Assembly: GCA_035084275.1 (NCBI GenBank)
Contig: CM068745.1
Location: 52,948,001 to 53,012,000, forward strand
Length of the DNA stretch: 64,000 nt
Reading direction: 5' to 3'
From: Hydrolagus colliei
Lineage: Eukaryota
The notes under the pieces are model-generated. The model worked only from the letters and a program-made list of their open reading frames with translations, did no database searches and was not told the DNA's origin. Of this stretch, positions 35,511-48,251 are shown piece by piece (within the stretch, counting starts at the first letter, position 1; each line of letters starts with the position of its first letter). The position numbers and the translations under genes were made by a program.

Positions 35511-36249
35511 ACAGGGAGATTTTCACGTGAATTGTAGCTTGGCACCCATGCCTGAAGCAGACTTACCCTGTGTGACCCTCAACTGCCAGTATCCAAGAAA
35601 CAGAATTCTGTAGGCATGAAGTGTGATAGGTTTTACTATGTGCTTTTTTTTGTTTAGGGTTATAATTATATCTAGGAGATGATTGTTTTCACCGCCTTTC
35701 ATAGCCAAAGCAAACTGATCAATAAAATATGAACTGTTATCTGTGGTAAAAGAAATTAAAAACAAACTGAGATAATACCTCAGTTAAAAGGTTACACTGG
35801 ATGATAACAGTTATTTTGTTAATTTATTTGCTTACTGGTATAGTGAGATAAAGGGAAATACAATTAGAGAACGTGACGTGAAGGATTAGCAAATGCTCGT
35901 GACTGATCTCTGTTGGTTTTTAAAGATTCATTCTTCAATTGTTTGAAAATCTGGGAGAATTTTCAAATATATTAGATGTTATCAAAAAGAGAGTAGTATA
36001 GATTTCATGCGTTCAGTTACCAGGTATCAGCCTGTCTCAGTTCATTGCATTCTCAACTCTGAGTTAGAAGGTTAGTAGGCTGTAGTTTCTACAACAATTT
36101 GGTACTTTGAACTCACATAGTGTATGTTGACAATCCAATGCAATGCTGGGGTGTGCTGAATTATCAGAGATGTTGGTCATTGGATGAGACGTTATACCAA
36201 GGTCCCATAATCCCTTACTGGAGGTTAAAGATCCCATAGCACTATTTGC

Positions 36250-36662
36250 ACAACTAAGTAAATTGCGCATGTTCACACTGGAAAAGAGAAGATTCAGAGG
36301 CGACATGATTGGTGTATTTAAGAATCTAAAGCTGTAAGACAATATAGATCTTGACAGGCTAGTTCAACTCATCTAGAATAGTAAAACCAGAGGACACAGC
36401 CTGCAATTGAAGCAGCGTGAATTCAGAACAAATCTACTCAAACACTATTTCAGTGAGTGAATAGTGAACCTGTGAAACAGGCTCCCTGGGGAGATGGTTG
36501 AAGCAGGATGTGTTGATTCTTTCAAACAGATAGTTTTATTTTAGGAAATAACATTTTAGCACATAAGTCGTTTGGTACATATGTGGATGCGGCGACCACC
36601 AAGAAAGTGGAAAGCGAACTAGATGGACCATGGTCTTTTTCATCTAGCATTTCTTATGTTAT
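36250..36662 (+). mobile_element. CR1 LINE 3' fragment nested in an old SacSINE1-like SINE (host ~36030-36248 and 36665-36760)
   Basis: LRMFTLEKRRFRGDMIGVFKNL...KTRGHSLQL...FRTNL..HYFS peptide with stops. Host reads 'aaagatcccatagcactatttg' | 'aaaagagaatggagtttctcctgctatcctggc'. Confidence 0.85.
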
Positions 36663-38559
36663 TACTTGAAAAGAGAATGGAGTTTCTCCTGCTATCCTGG
36701 CTAAAACTCCACACCTTTCTGACGTGAAAGTCACTCTATAAAAAGGGCAAGGATTATAATATTGTTTTGAAACTGCACTCTGATATGGATTTGAGTGCCT
36801 TAAATCATGGCCTTGTGTATGCTTTGGTGTACAGCGCTAAAATGCTGTGTAGCGGAGGTGTGGTACATGGGTGCTCTCCTGCTCGCTTCCACTGTTGTGG
36901 AGTTGCCCTCTTGTCACTGTGTTGCAACGGTCAGTGGGAGAAGAGTGGCTTGCTCTTGGTGTTTTGAAGAAGAATGGCATAAGCCTAAAGAGCTTGCACC
37001 TCCAAATGGAAATATTTTAAAAGTGTAAGAGGAATGTAAGGAAGTTAACTGGTTGAGTGTACATAGGAATTCTTAATATTATACACTGAGCAGTCAGGCA
37101 CATGCTTCAACTCCGCAGTGCAAAACAGATTAAACTAAACCCCTGCATTAAACACTCACCCGTGGGACCAATGCCAAGTGGCTGATTAAGATGTGAGTAG
37201 CTTTGTAATCCAGGTTTGGTGTGACAACCATTAGAGATCTATTCCACAACTAAATTATATCGCCAGCTACTTAGTCCTCTAATGTCCCAGGACCGCGCTT
37301 GATTCTAAAACGAATTGCATCATACTGTAGCACTGTAACGGCTTTTGGCCTCATTTAAATTCAGACTCCGCTGTGCAGATTAACTTGCTTACTGAGTGCT
37401 TTGTCACTTTATATAGCGAGAACGTTTGACAACGCGAATTTCCAAATCCTTACGGAGATTGTTTGATAGTGATCTGATACCATCGTATATCCACACCCCA
37501 TGATTTGGTGAATTGAAATAATGCTTCAATGCATAAGCTGCTTATGGTTCAAACTGCCGTCAAGCTGAACCTGAAGTAAATCCAGCTTCAGGTTCTAATA
37601 TGAATCCTGAATCCTGCTGATTTGTTCTGATAGTTGTTCACTTAAGAGCAACAGCACTTTCAGTCTGAAATTAGCTCTTGTCTGTACAAATAGAACTTTT
37701 TATGACCACCCGTCTGTACTTTGTAGAATGAATCTAAGCAACCTGGTGATAGAAATACCTTCTCAGGGATCTGATCCTTCTTTCACAATGACACAGTTGT
37801 GTTGTTGCATGAATATTAGAGTAGAAATTCTCAGGAAATTTTGATAAAGGTTTGAACATGAAATAAAAGTGGAGGGGAAAGATGGGAAATTAACTGGAAG
37901 AGAGATGAGGACTAATGGGTTTGTCAGGGATCTGGGAGTTACTGTGCATTGCAACCTCAGGATTGTGGGTTTAAATTCAGCTCAGCCATACAGGATTAAA
38001 TACATTTTAGGGCAATATACAGGTACTGTAGTTTGGCTATACTGTACTGGTTACATTCAAGTCTCGCCTCAATACTCTCCTCTCCGACGGACCCATCGGC
38101 AACTCCTTATCCCCCCCTCTCGCCCCCTCCCCACCTCCTCAGCTCCAGTCTGAAGCAGTAACTGTCCAGCACCTTGGGATGTCCGCCTGATGTGAAAGGC
38201 GCTATATAAATGTAATTTTGTTGTTGTTGCATGAACTATTTTTCACCTGACTTGTGAGTGCTTTATGTAGGGTCATAGGAGAGTTACACTATATCTACCC
38301 ATGCTACACTTGACATGGGACTGCTTATAGTATACCACAGGGAGATCTTTATTCTGTATTTAATGCAGAATTTTCTTTAATCAAGAACAAATTAATAAGA
38401 ATAGAAGTCAAACACAATTTTGCACCTTAGAATGTTTGAGATAATGAGAAGGGAACGAACAGTGCTGTGCTGTAGTGGAATCTTACTAATGTTTAAGTAA
38501 AACACAGTTAATTCAGTGATGTTGCATCTTCTTTAGACTAAGAATTCATAGACACATTA

Positions 38560-39800
38560 AAGAAAATGTACTCTTTACACTGGTGCTTTGGGGGCAGTGA
38601 TGAAAGTCGGTGGAAAAACAGGGCTCCTGCTTAACTCTCGTCTTTGCTTTAAATGGTCTTCATTACTCTTCAAAGAGGAAGAAATGCCTTTTTGTAAGTA
38701 ACCTGTGTTTTATTCCAATTGGTTTAATATCAATTCCCCACAACAACTTTAACTTGGAGCTTATAGTACTAGCAGAATCTAAAACATCCACGAGCAACAT
38801 TTCCCAGCGCATCTATTAAGCTTTAATGGGAGTCTCCCAAAAAATTATTTATCAACTCAAGTGATTTGTTGGTCCTTTATCCCCCACCAAACAAAACTCC
38901 AAAAGGGCAACATTAAATTCCCTTCCAAGATCACCTGCTGTATGATGCTGCCTTGTCTCTTTAAATTAGAAGAGGGGTAATGATTATTTTTTCAATTATT
39001 CAGCCATAAAAATCAGAATTGCCTGCAGCAATCGTTGAATAATGGTCGATTAACTGACTGATTGTTATACAGCCTCTCCTCTTCATACAGATAGAATATA
39101 AGTGAGGAAAAAAATTGTGCACTTCTGATTCCACAATTTCAGTAATGTTTAATAATTTAGCCATGTAGAAAATAGTAATTATGGCTTTTCTTGTGCGGGT
39201 TCCTCCAAATGACATAATTATGATTTAAAACGTGGATTAACAATGTTTTTTTTGTAGTTCAAAGCCTGTGTGCACAGTGTTCTTTCATTGATCATTCCAT
39301 CTAATTGTAGTGCCCTTTAAAGGATAAAAAAAACACATAAAAAAACACAAATGATTAATTGACACAGTCCATCTTGCTGTAATGACAATGACTTTGTTGT
39401 GTTGAAATTAGTAATGTAATTGAGTGTAGTTTCTCTTTAATCTGATTGCTTTACCAGCAGTCTCTGTGATGGTATCAGGTTCTAGCTTGCATTGCTGGGT
39501 CAACATGGACCTAGTCCATTAAAGGAGCAAAGTTCAAGGAAAGTTCGGCTCTATTGTTTTTCCATGGTTACAAAACAAGAAAGGAGAAATCCTGTATTTA
39601 TAACATAATGCTGCAATGGGCCCTGGAGGTACAGTAGCTTGTTATTGTTCAAAAACTAAAGCCAGCAATCTTAACCTAATGATTATCTGTCGAGCAAACA
39701 CAGAGCTGTCATCCTTTGACTGTATAAGCAATGCACAGATGGTCCTAGTTCAAGCTACTACCAACAAGCTAAATTCATAGTTGTTCCATTTTAGCGTGGC
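38560..39800. promoter_or_regulatory. Candidate conserved non-coding element cluster
   Basis: 1.2 kb repeat-free; CCATAAAA at 39004-39011, TGATTAAT directly abutting TGACA (39352-39364), dense TAAT/ATTA. Confidence 0.5.
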
Positions 39801-40672
39801 CATCTTCAATATTATCTAAGCAACATGAGCATAAGTCAACAGTCTATTAGCACTGTATATTGCAGTGTAATAAAAACATACAGGAAAATATTGCCATATG
39901 TGTGTGCATTGTGTAGAACAAAATTAGGAGTAGTAACAGTATATTGCTTTTGCAATTTTTGGTATAGTAAGTTTGCTTTGTTTATTTCTTGTGTGTGTGT
40001 TGTGGCATATTGTGATACATTATGACATTGTAATATAATGATATTCTTGATAATGTTTGAACAAAATATTCATCTCTCAATCTTCTATTGGTATAAATGT
40101 AATTATATAAATACACAAGAACAGCCATTTGTCCACATCATACAATGGATTCATTAACACTGATGGGTAGTTTTCATGGGTAGTTTTTTGGGGTAGTTGC
40201 GCTCGTAATTTGATTTGGCTGTGTTCAATTTGGTGAAATTGCTTTCAAGTAAGTACTAGGATTCATATGGCATTGCAAATTTTATACCAGGTATTTAAAA
40301 TGTTTAAACTATGTACTTTAAATGATAGAATGCAGTTCTTAAAGAAATCATGTTACTAAAACACATAAGATTCTGCAGGTTTTAAGTGTATGTGTCTGTG
40401 TGGTGGTGGTGGGTGGGGGTTGTGTATCAACCCACAAGTGCCTTGGGGTTTTCAGGCACTTTGGGCTCTGTATGTTAGTTAAGAAAAAAATTACTTCTAC
40501 GTTTTAAAAAAACGTTTACAAATATTTAATGGTAAATTTATAAAATAAATAATTGTTTGAAATATTTGTAGCTACCAAAGCCCCTTGAATTGAACCTTTG
40601 TTTGCCAATAGCATCAAAGTCAATAAGCAGCTTCTGTACTCATTAGATATCTTGGCTAAGATATTTTTTTAA

Positions 40673-40897
40673 ATAATAATCCTTGAATTTGATTTAGCGC
40701 TTTTCACGTCTTCTAGATGTCTCAAAGTGCTGCACAGAATAAACTGAAGAGAATTGACTATATTTGTGGGCAAAATGCAGTGGCCAATTACGCATAGCAG
40801 GGCCCCACAGTCGTGGATCAAAATGAGCAATCTATTATCTTTTTTCTTGAGGGATTATTATCAGACGTGTGGAGTAAGGAAACTTGCCCAAGGTTTT
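40673..40897 (-). mobile_element. Young tRNA-Deu-L2 SINE (head missing)
   Basis: Reverse complement of the body and tail of the 41064 and 62705 copies. Confidence 0.88.
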
Positions 40898-41063
40898 TAT
40901 TTAAACAGGAGTTTTTTTGAAGTTATCCACTTGATCTACAAAACAGTTACTACACTGGACAATAATTGCCCGTGAAGAACTTTGAGATATTTCAACGTAA
41001 TAAAATTGGCAGTTTGCAAAAATTTGTGTCAGTTCTATCTCCGTGGCAAATTGGGGGACTTGT

Positions 41064-41368
41064 GAGTCCTGTAGCTCAGTGGTTAGAGCACTTGCCTCGC
41101 AAGAGAGAGACAGACCTGGGCTTGATTCCAGGCAGGGTGAAATCTTGGGCAAGTTTCCTTACTCAACATGCCTAATAATAATCCCTGAATTTTTTTTTTT
41201 TAAAATTGGTCGTTCAATCACGACTATTTGTGGGACACTGCTATATTTGTGGCTGCTGTGTTTCACCCACAAATATACAGTCAATTCGCTTTACAGTATA
41301 TTCTGTGAAGCACTTTTGAGACATCTAGAAGATGTGAAAAGCACTAATATCAATGCAATGATTATTAT
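41064..41368 (+). mobile_element. Full-length young tRNA-Deu-L2 SINE
   Basis: A box TAGCTCAGTGG, decayed B box GGCTTGATTCC, Deu core, L2-like tail. Confidence 0.92.
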
Positions 41369-42239
41369 CTCTGCAAAATTTAAGATTTGACGTTGCAAAA
41401 TGAAAGTTTGGAAAATGTACTAAAATGTACAATGTGATGGTTGGTTTCAATTTGATCTTGTTGCGGAACCATAGTCATAATTTCATAATCGTAGGATCTA
41501 AGATTTGTTTTAGCACAATAGCATGCTTTGACCTGACTTGCTTTGTGCCAGTTCTCTGAGACCTATAGCCTTAGCCCCAACCCTCCTCCTTCTCTGCCTT
41601 TTCCCTGTAACTGTTTATGGAATTCCTTTTCAAACATTATTCTAATTCCCTTTATCCCTCCCTCATTGTTGGTTGGGCATTTCCATGTCCTAATAACTTA
41701 TTGTGTTTCAAAATATCTCCTGGCCTTTTCATTTTTGGTGATTTTGAACAACTCTAATTGCCCAGTTGTTGATTATTTCTCACTATGAATCAAAGAATGG
41801 TTAAGAATCGTATCACCCCTGAAAATTGCCATTGTTCTGCCATTGTACAACACTCTCGAGGACAAGTTATTTTTTATATAATACAGTACTGAAACATCCT
41901 GATGAATCTCAATATCATCTCCTGCTACTATTAACGTGTCTGACTATGGTGAGAACATTCTGTCAAATTGTGGGAATCAAAAGAAAATGCAAGTTGATGG
42001 GACGTGATAAGCAGTGGATTTATTACTGAACCGTTCTGAATAAATAGACAGAAAAATTGCTTAGAGGTAGTTGCCCCTTATCGGCAAATCCGCTTCTCAA
42101 AGGAGAGCTGCAGAGAACTACAGAAATTTATAGCAGAGTCTATTCACTTATAATACTTGTGCTTGCTCTCTGATAAACATTTTGTCATTTTTCCCCGCAG
42201 CTTCCTTCAAACCTTTTCTTTCTTCTTTAAGATCTTGTG

Positions 42240-42550
42240 TCAGAGTGGCTCAGTGGTAGCACTCTTACTTCTGAGACAGAAAATTATGGGTTCAAGCCCT
42301 AATGGGGATTTTAAGTTAATTGTCTACACTCCAATGTAGTGTATATGGGTGCCGTATTGATTTGTTTGATTGAGATCCCATTTGCTTGTCAGATGGATGT
42401 TAAAACTACTGTGGCACTATTTGAAATGAAGGGAGTTTTTCCCAGTGTACCGGCCAAAGATCCTCCAGATGAAATTGTATTTTTCACTTCAGGGTTGTTT
42501 GTGGAACACTTCTGTGCACAAATTGGCTGTTCCATTTTCCTACACAATCA
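42240..42550 (+). mobile_element. Old SacSINE1-like SINE
   Basis: 'gtggctcagtggtagcactcttacttctgagacagaaaattatgggttcaagccc...gtggcactatttgaa...ctgtgcacaaattggctg'. Confidence 0.75.
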
Positions 42551-43854
42551 CAAGTGAGAAGGTTGCAAGCAGAAAAATAAAGTTAATTGCTAATTCAACG
42601 AACTTAGCCAATCTTCTCAAATTGTGGAAACAGCAACATACTCCCATGCTTATGAGATGAGAAGGTTCCAGCTTTGCAAATTGCTCATACTTGCAGTCAA
42701 CAAACACTCTTTTAAAAAAAAATTAATGGTTGATCACTTCTGCAGACATTACACAATGAGAAATACATGTGTTTTGTGAGAGTTATGATGGAAATTCAGT
42801 ATTCAACGAGATGCACAGAACACAAATAGGTCAGCATAGATTTGTGAAGGGAACAAAGCACATTTTTTGTCCATTACAGCTGAAAGTACATTGGTACAAT
42901 GGGAATTACAACAATAGCCATTGTGTAAGTGTCCTTAGAGATATAGTTCCTTTAATCCTTAATTACTTTAAAGATCAGTTTTCTTCCCCCTTCCCTTGGG
43001 AGGACATAGTCGGAGTTGTAGATGGTCTTAAATTTATATTTTCTGACATTTAAAAAATCATCATGATTTAGGTATTGTAACGGAACTTTGACCTGTGGCA
43101 TACTTTAGAAGCTGTACATTTAAGCATTTGGCCAGTATGTTAGGCTCGATAAATCCGCACTCAGCCATTAATATTTTTCCATATTCTAACATGTGTATAT
43201 ACAGTATTTGTCTTTGCTGAAATATTCCATACAGATATCTAACACTAGTCTTGTTCAACAACGATAACCTGATGCTCAGAAATCACCACCCTGCTAAGAA
43301 TAAGATTTCAGCATGGAATTTTTCAACAGGACATTTGGACAAACTGTTTGGATGTATTGGTCCTATCGATGAGACATAACGGCAAGGTCCCAGTATTCTG
43401 TCCAACAATCCCCCAAATAAAATTGTCCATTCACTTCATGGTTGTTTATGGGACATTGCTGTGTGCAAATTGGCATAGAAATATGTATGTAAGATGTTTA
43501 GGATAGTAAATGTTTTGCATTTTATGGTTTGTAAAACGTCCTGTTTCTGGTATGTGAAGAAAAAAAAGTGGCAAAAATAATCCAGTGAATTTAATGGCAG
43601 CAAACTTCAGGTTACAGAAAGATGAGATGAAATGACAAAGTAAAAACAAGAAGGTTAACCAACAAGTTTCCTCCTAAACACTAACAAAGAATTTGAGGCT
43701 GGGGGTAGTTTATTGTCTGTAACCACATTCTTGAGGTTTTGGAGCTGAAAAAACAAGACTCGCTTGGCCTTAGAAAGGAGCAATTGTTGTACAGAACTAT
43801 GGTGTGCTTTCTACCCAATTGATTGTTCTCTGTTCAGCACTATTTATATTTAAA

Positions 43855-44197
43855 AATAATGATAACCTTTGCATTTGATATGGCTCTTTTCACGTTTTCC
43901 AGATGAAGCTCAAAGAGCTTCACAAAATATACTGTAAGGTGAATTGACTGTACATTTGTGGGCAAATCATGGTGGCCAATTGCGCACATCAGTGTCCCAT
44001 AAATAGTCGTGACCAAATGTTTTGGTTTTTATTATCCCTACAAAAGCCATTTGCCAATCAACTAACAACCAGGTTCCTACTTACTGTTAGGTAAACAGAA
44101 GTGTGTGGAGTGAGCAAACTTGCCCAACATTTTGTACTGCTGGGAATGGAACCCAGGTCTTGCTTGTGGTGCAAGTACTCCAACCACTGAGCTACAG
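43855..44197 (-). mobile_element. Full-length tRNA-Deu-L2 SINE (longer variant)
   Basis: Tail at 43855, Deu core at 43950-44010, head ending 'gaacccagg...ccaaccactgagctacag'. Confidence 0.88.
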
Positions 44198-45149
44198 TAC
44201 TGCACACTCCAAATAAACACTTCAATTCAAGTAGATGAAAACATTAAAGCTATTACAGAGTTGTTTATGAAATTTGTAGGTTGGTTTATTGATAAGGTAA
44301 TAGTACCCTGATACATTTTTTTCACACAGGTTGATAACATTCTTCTCATCGTGTCAAACAATGCACCTACCAAAACTATCTAAATCATAACTATATAAAT
44401 CTTTGCCCACGTGGCAGGCTCTCTTTTGTAGATAGCTTTCAGTGTATGTGTGAAACTGCTGTTGGAGTGCACCACATATCCTGAACTACAGAAGATACCT
44501 TGCACCAATGATTAGTGGCTGGGCTCAATTGACACTTTGAGTTATAATACACTTTGGATGTTTACCGTCCTCTGGAAGCTTCAGCACTTATGCTTTGGGA
44601 TGGAAACAATATTGTGAGCATATTCAAAAACCTGCAATGCACAATGTTGCGACAGCCCATTTGAGTCACTCTAATATTCATAGCACAAACCCATTTCCTT
44701 GTTTGGATGCTGACATTTATAGAATTACTCTAAAACAACATATATTCACAGCGCGATCATTTGTTTTAGATCCTGGAGCCAAAACATTTTAAAAAATAAT
44801 ATTCAAGTCATTAATTTTGCATGCTTGCAATTCAAAGGTAGTGAATGACAAAATGAAATTTCAATTGTTAAAAGTAAAAAGAATATACTCGACTGCCCAT
44901 GCAAGAAAAGCATTAAATGTTCCCCTTTACTCAAATTTCTGACACGTGTAATTTGTTTGTGGTTATTTACCCAACATTTGTAAGCAGTGTGGGGGTAAGG
45001 GGAAGTGCAATGTGTAAAGAATTGACTGATGTAATAAATTGTGTGAAAGAGGTTACAAACTTAATCTATATCTTCTCTCTTCCCGCTGAGAAAAAAGTGG
45101 GTAGTGCATTCTTAGAAATATGTACAATGCATTCCATCTAGTCTACTGA

Positions 45150-45460
45150 GTATAAACTGAGCCAAATACCCCAGAAGGTTGTAGATTTGAACTGTGGTGT
45201 GTGATGAGTTTACTGGTGCTGGAGAGGGGTAGTGGGATTAATTTTGATTGGTCTTTCGAAGAGCCAACGTGCACAATTGGCCAAATGGTCTCGTTCTGTG
45301 CTGTATAACTCTATAATCTCAATTAGGGTTGTTATTTGGATGTTACATTTGGCCTCAGTGTGTCATGCTAGGGAGGGGAAAATCAGCCAGAATTCAAACA
45401 TGATCAATATCCAGTGACCTTTATTGGAGAAGTGCTTGCATGACATTGGGTGAATCCACT
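45150..45460 (+). mobile_element. AmnSINE2-like SINE interrupted by a CR1 3' tail (~45225-45320)
   Basis: 'actgagccaaataccccagaagg', then CR1 tail 'ggccaaatggtctcgttctgtgctgtataactctataatctc', then 'ttggcctcagtg...gctagggaggggaaaatcagccag...tatccagtgacc'. Confidence 0.6.
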
Positions 45461-46194
45461 GATCCCAATCCTGATCACTGGCTTGTGGTGTTTATTGGAA
45501 AAGTGCATGTGTGGGCAACAGAGGTTGAAGATCATTCCAATTTAATGGAAAATTATTAAATTCAGGTTTCATTTTCGAGGTGGCTTTTAAATTAAGACAG
45601 AATTTTACAATATTTTGCACATTCTTAATTATTAAGACATTGGTCTCAAAGCTAAGATTCAGATGAAGATACAACCTTGTTTGGATTTTATTTCCCGATG
45701 TGATGAACGTCCACTCTCTCTATCTTGATCCAACAATCAAGAATGGTGGCTTAGGAAAAAGGATGGCAAGCTCCCACGGAACGAGCCAAATGCCTTTAGT
45801 AGGAGAAAACATTTTTTCCCGTGAATCTCCTTTTCTTTTTGTTGAAGTGTAATAGTTGGTCTTGTGTCTTCTGTAATTGTGTATGTCAAGGGAGTAATAG
45901 AATTGGATAGGTCTTCTGGAGGAGGTACATAGATCGTGGTGTTTTCCTATCTCTAATCGCAATGTGTATGTATGTTATTAGTTGCTGAGATTGGGAACTC
46001 TCCCAGAGTTAGTTTATCCATATCGTTTTAGGAGAAGGATGGATTGTAACTCTTCACTAGCTGTCTATGTGTCCATAGAGGACATGCAACATACAAAATG
46101 ATTTGCCCATGAACCTAACTAAATAACCCCCCATCCTAAGACAAGGCTCCAGATCTTGCAACAATTATAGCAGCCAAATGTAACATTGTGGGTA

Positions 46195-46605
46195 AGCATG
46201 GCTCAGTTGGTAGCACTCTCTCCTCTGACTCTGAAAGTTGTGGGTTCAAGCCCCATGTTAGAACTTGGAACTCATATAGTCTAAGAAGATACTGTGTTGC
46301 AGTGCTGGGGTTGGGGGCTGCATTATTGGAGATACTGTCCTTCGGATAAGGCATTAACTGAAGTTCTTTCTGTCTATTCGGGTGAACATTAAAGATCCTG
46401 TGGCACTGTTCAAAAAGCGAATGGGGTTTCTCACTCAAAATAAAATTGATGATTCACTACATGGCTACTTGTGGCACATTGCTATGTGTAGATTTGCTGC
46501 CACGTTTGGCCACAAAATATACATTCACTCCACTTTACAGTATTTCCTTTGAAGCAGTTTGAGACATCCTCCTGACTTGAAAGGTGCCTTACAATTGGAA
46601 TGGCT
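46195..46605 (+). mobile_element. Near full-length old SacSINE1-like SINE
   Basis: 'tggctcagttggtagcactctctcctctgactctgaaagttgtgggttcaagcccc...aaagatcctgtggcactgttc...tttgagacatcctcctgacttgaaaggtgc'. Confidence 0.8.
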
Positions 46606-47009
46606 TTATATATAAAGTCTACTTGCTTGAGCCCAACAAAGTGCATCACTCTTGTTCAGCTGTTATCATAGTTTATTTTAGATTAAGTCAAAGCAAATAA
46701 AACAGCCCATTCAAATTTTTTTAATATAACTATTTTTAAAAAAGTTTGCCCCAGAAATGTATACTTAAAGGTTTGACCATATTGTGACGGTCTAATTTGA
46801 GGCCAAAAGAATTTTAGCACTAGGACTGTTTGAAATTTCTATGCAGAAAAGATTCCTTCTCCCTACTCAGTTTCATCTTCCTAAGCTAATTGTAGCACTA
46901 AAACATGAAAAAAGGGAGCAAATTTCAAGGAGCTGACATTGCCTTTTAATTTCCTGAAGGATCTTAAAATAGCATTCATTTAAACTACTACACATATTTG
47001 GCTTTTAAA

Positions 47010-47342
47010 AATCCCATAAATCAATATCAAGCTAACTGCAGTAATTATTACAAGTTAGAGCATAATTTTCAAGCTGAAAGCTCCATGTCGAATTTTAGCA
47101 TATGCAAACTAGGCAATTCTAACATGTATAGATATTAATATTGAGAATCAGGTAACGAGGTACGAGCTATGAATAATGCATTAACAGTGGTTGATCTTTA
47201 TGAAAGAAATGAATTCAGCATGTAATCTAATTAGTAAAGGAAGTCTATTACATCCAGTGAAAAGCAATCGTCCTTGAAATAAGTTTATTTACAGTCTCAC
47301 GGAGCACTTTGAACAACTTGAAAATGTTGCTCATGATGTGCA
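47010..47342. promoter_or_regulatory. Candidate highly conserved element abutting exon 2
   Basis: Repeat-free; CCATAAATCA (reverse TGATTTATGG) at 47014-47023, TAATTA, GCATATGCAAA, CTAATTAG. I recall, unverified, an ultraconserved element just upstream of human DACH1 exon 2. Confidence 0.6.
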
Positions 47343-47374
47343 CACTAACTGCAAATGTTTATCTTTTCTTTCAG
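47343..47374 (+). promoter_or_regulatory. Branch point, polypyrimidine tract and 3' splice site of exon 2
   Basis: CACTAAC with branch A at 47348 (27 nt upstream of the exon), then TTTATCTTTTCTTTCAG. Confidence 0.85.
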
Positions 47375-47490
47375 CTCCAGACCAGGAAGACCTCCCAAAC
47401 GATCCCAGAGCGTTACATCCCCGGAGAATTCCCACATTATGCCGCACAGTGTCCCTGGCTTAATGTCCCCAGGAATCATTCCTCCTACAG
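47375..47490 (+). CDS. DACH1: Dachshund homolog 1, internal coding exon (exon 2); 116 bp, phase-2 acceptor, phase-1 donor
   Basis: Translates as (S)SRPGRPPKRSQSVTSPENSHIMPHSVPGLMSPGIIPPT(G), the segment after the DACHbox-N/DD1 domain. As I recall the human protein it differs only by T>S in KRTQSV, while DACH2 differs substantially here. Flanked by branch point CACTAAC (47343-47349), pyrimidine tract tttatcttttctttcAG, and donor CAG|GTAATG at 47490/47491. Confidence 0.96.
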
Positions 47491-48251
47491 GTAATGGGTT
47501 TCAGGAAATCTTCTCCACTTCCCTTGCACAGTTGCTTGATTTAAATGAGATTGCTCTGACAGAAGACCAGTGCCCTTCAGGTTTTTACACTTAACCCAGA
47601 ATTGGCACAAATTAAATAATGGAAGCCTCCTTCTTTCATGACGAGTGAATTTCTTTCATACCTGCTGCTGGTTTGATTAATAGAATTTCACAGACTGCAC
47701 TAGCTGTCCCCATGCTCACTGAGGGTTTCCTAAATATAGAGCAACCTTTGAATAAAGGCAAGCTGTTTCCGGAGAATGCAGAGTATCAAATGGTTGTGTG
47801 CACATATTCAACTAATTATTTTACCGCTAAATCTTGTCAATGCACAACACTGTTTGTGCAACATTGGGATCAGCTCACTAAGGAGATGGAAGACTGTTGT
47901 ACCTGTTGTAGTTAAAGATCACCGAGAAGTTTAAATATGATGAGAAAAAAGTTTAGCAATGTTATTTTGTGTGGAGAAAATGGCAGGCTATTTTATGACA
48001 AGCTGTCGGTTGTTTTACGTTGATTTGTTCGTTTGAGAAGAAAAGTAAGAAAGCAAGAAGGCCTACAAAATACACAATCATTACACTTTATCTTTCTACC
48101 AGTGAAACACTTTGAGATGTCCTCCTAATGTGAACAATGCTATATCAAATGCAAGGATTAGTAAATTGTTAAGATAACAAAAAGGCTATCTTCTAATTCT
48201 CAACAGTTCTTATTTTGCTTCTTGCTTATTATTTTTATTATTATTTTGCTT

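Larger units (their letters stand above)
1..47374 (+). other. DACH1: DACH1 intron 1 (3' portion; exon 1 lies upstream of the window)
   Basis: No DD1-domain exon recognisable upstream in the window; vertebrate DACH1 has a very long first intron. Confidence 0.85.

Noticed and set aside
37100-37150. Short similarity to 63620-63645 (ccgcagtgcaaa..gatt)
   Set aside because: The match is under 20 bp and could be chance or an old repeat; I could not extend it by eye.
47355-47594. 79-aa ORF as a standalone small protein
   Set aside because: Only 47375-47490 matches DACH1; the flanks are the pyrimidine tract and intron 2 read-through.
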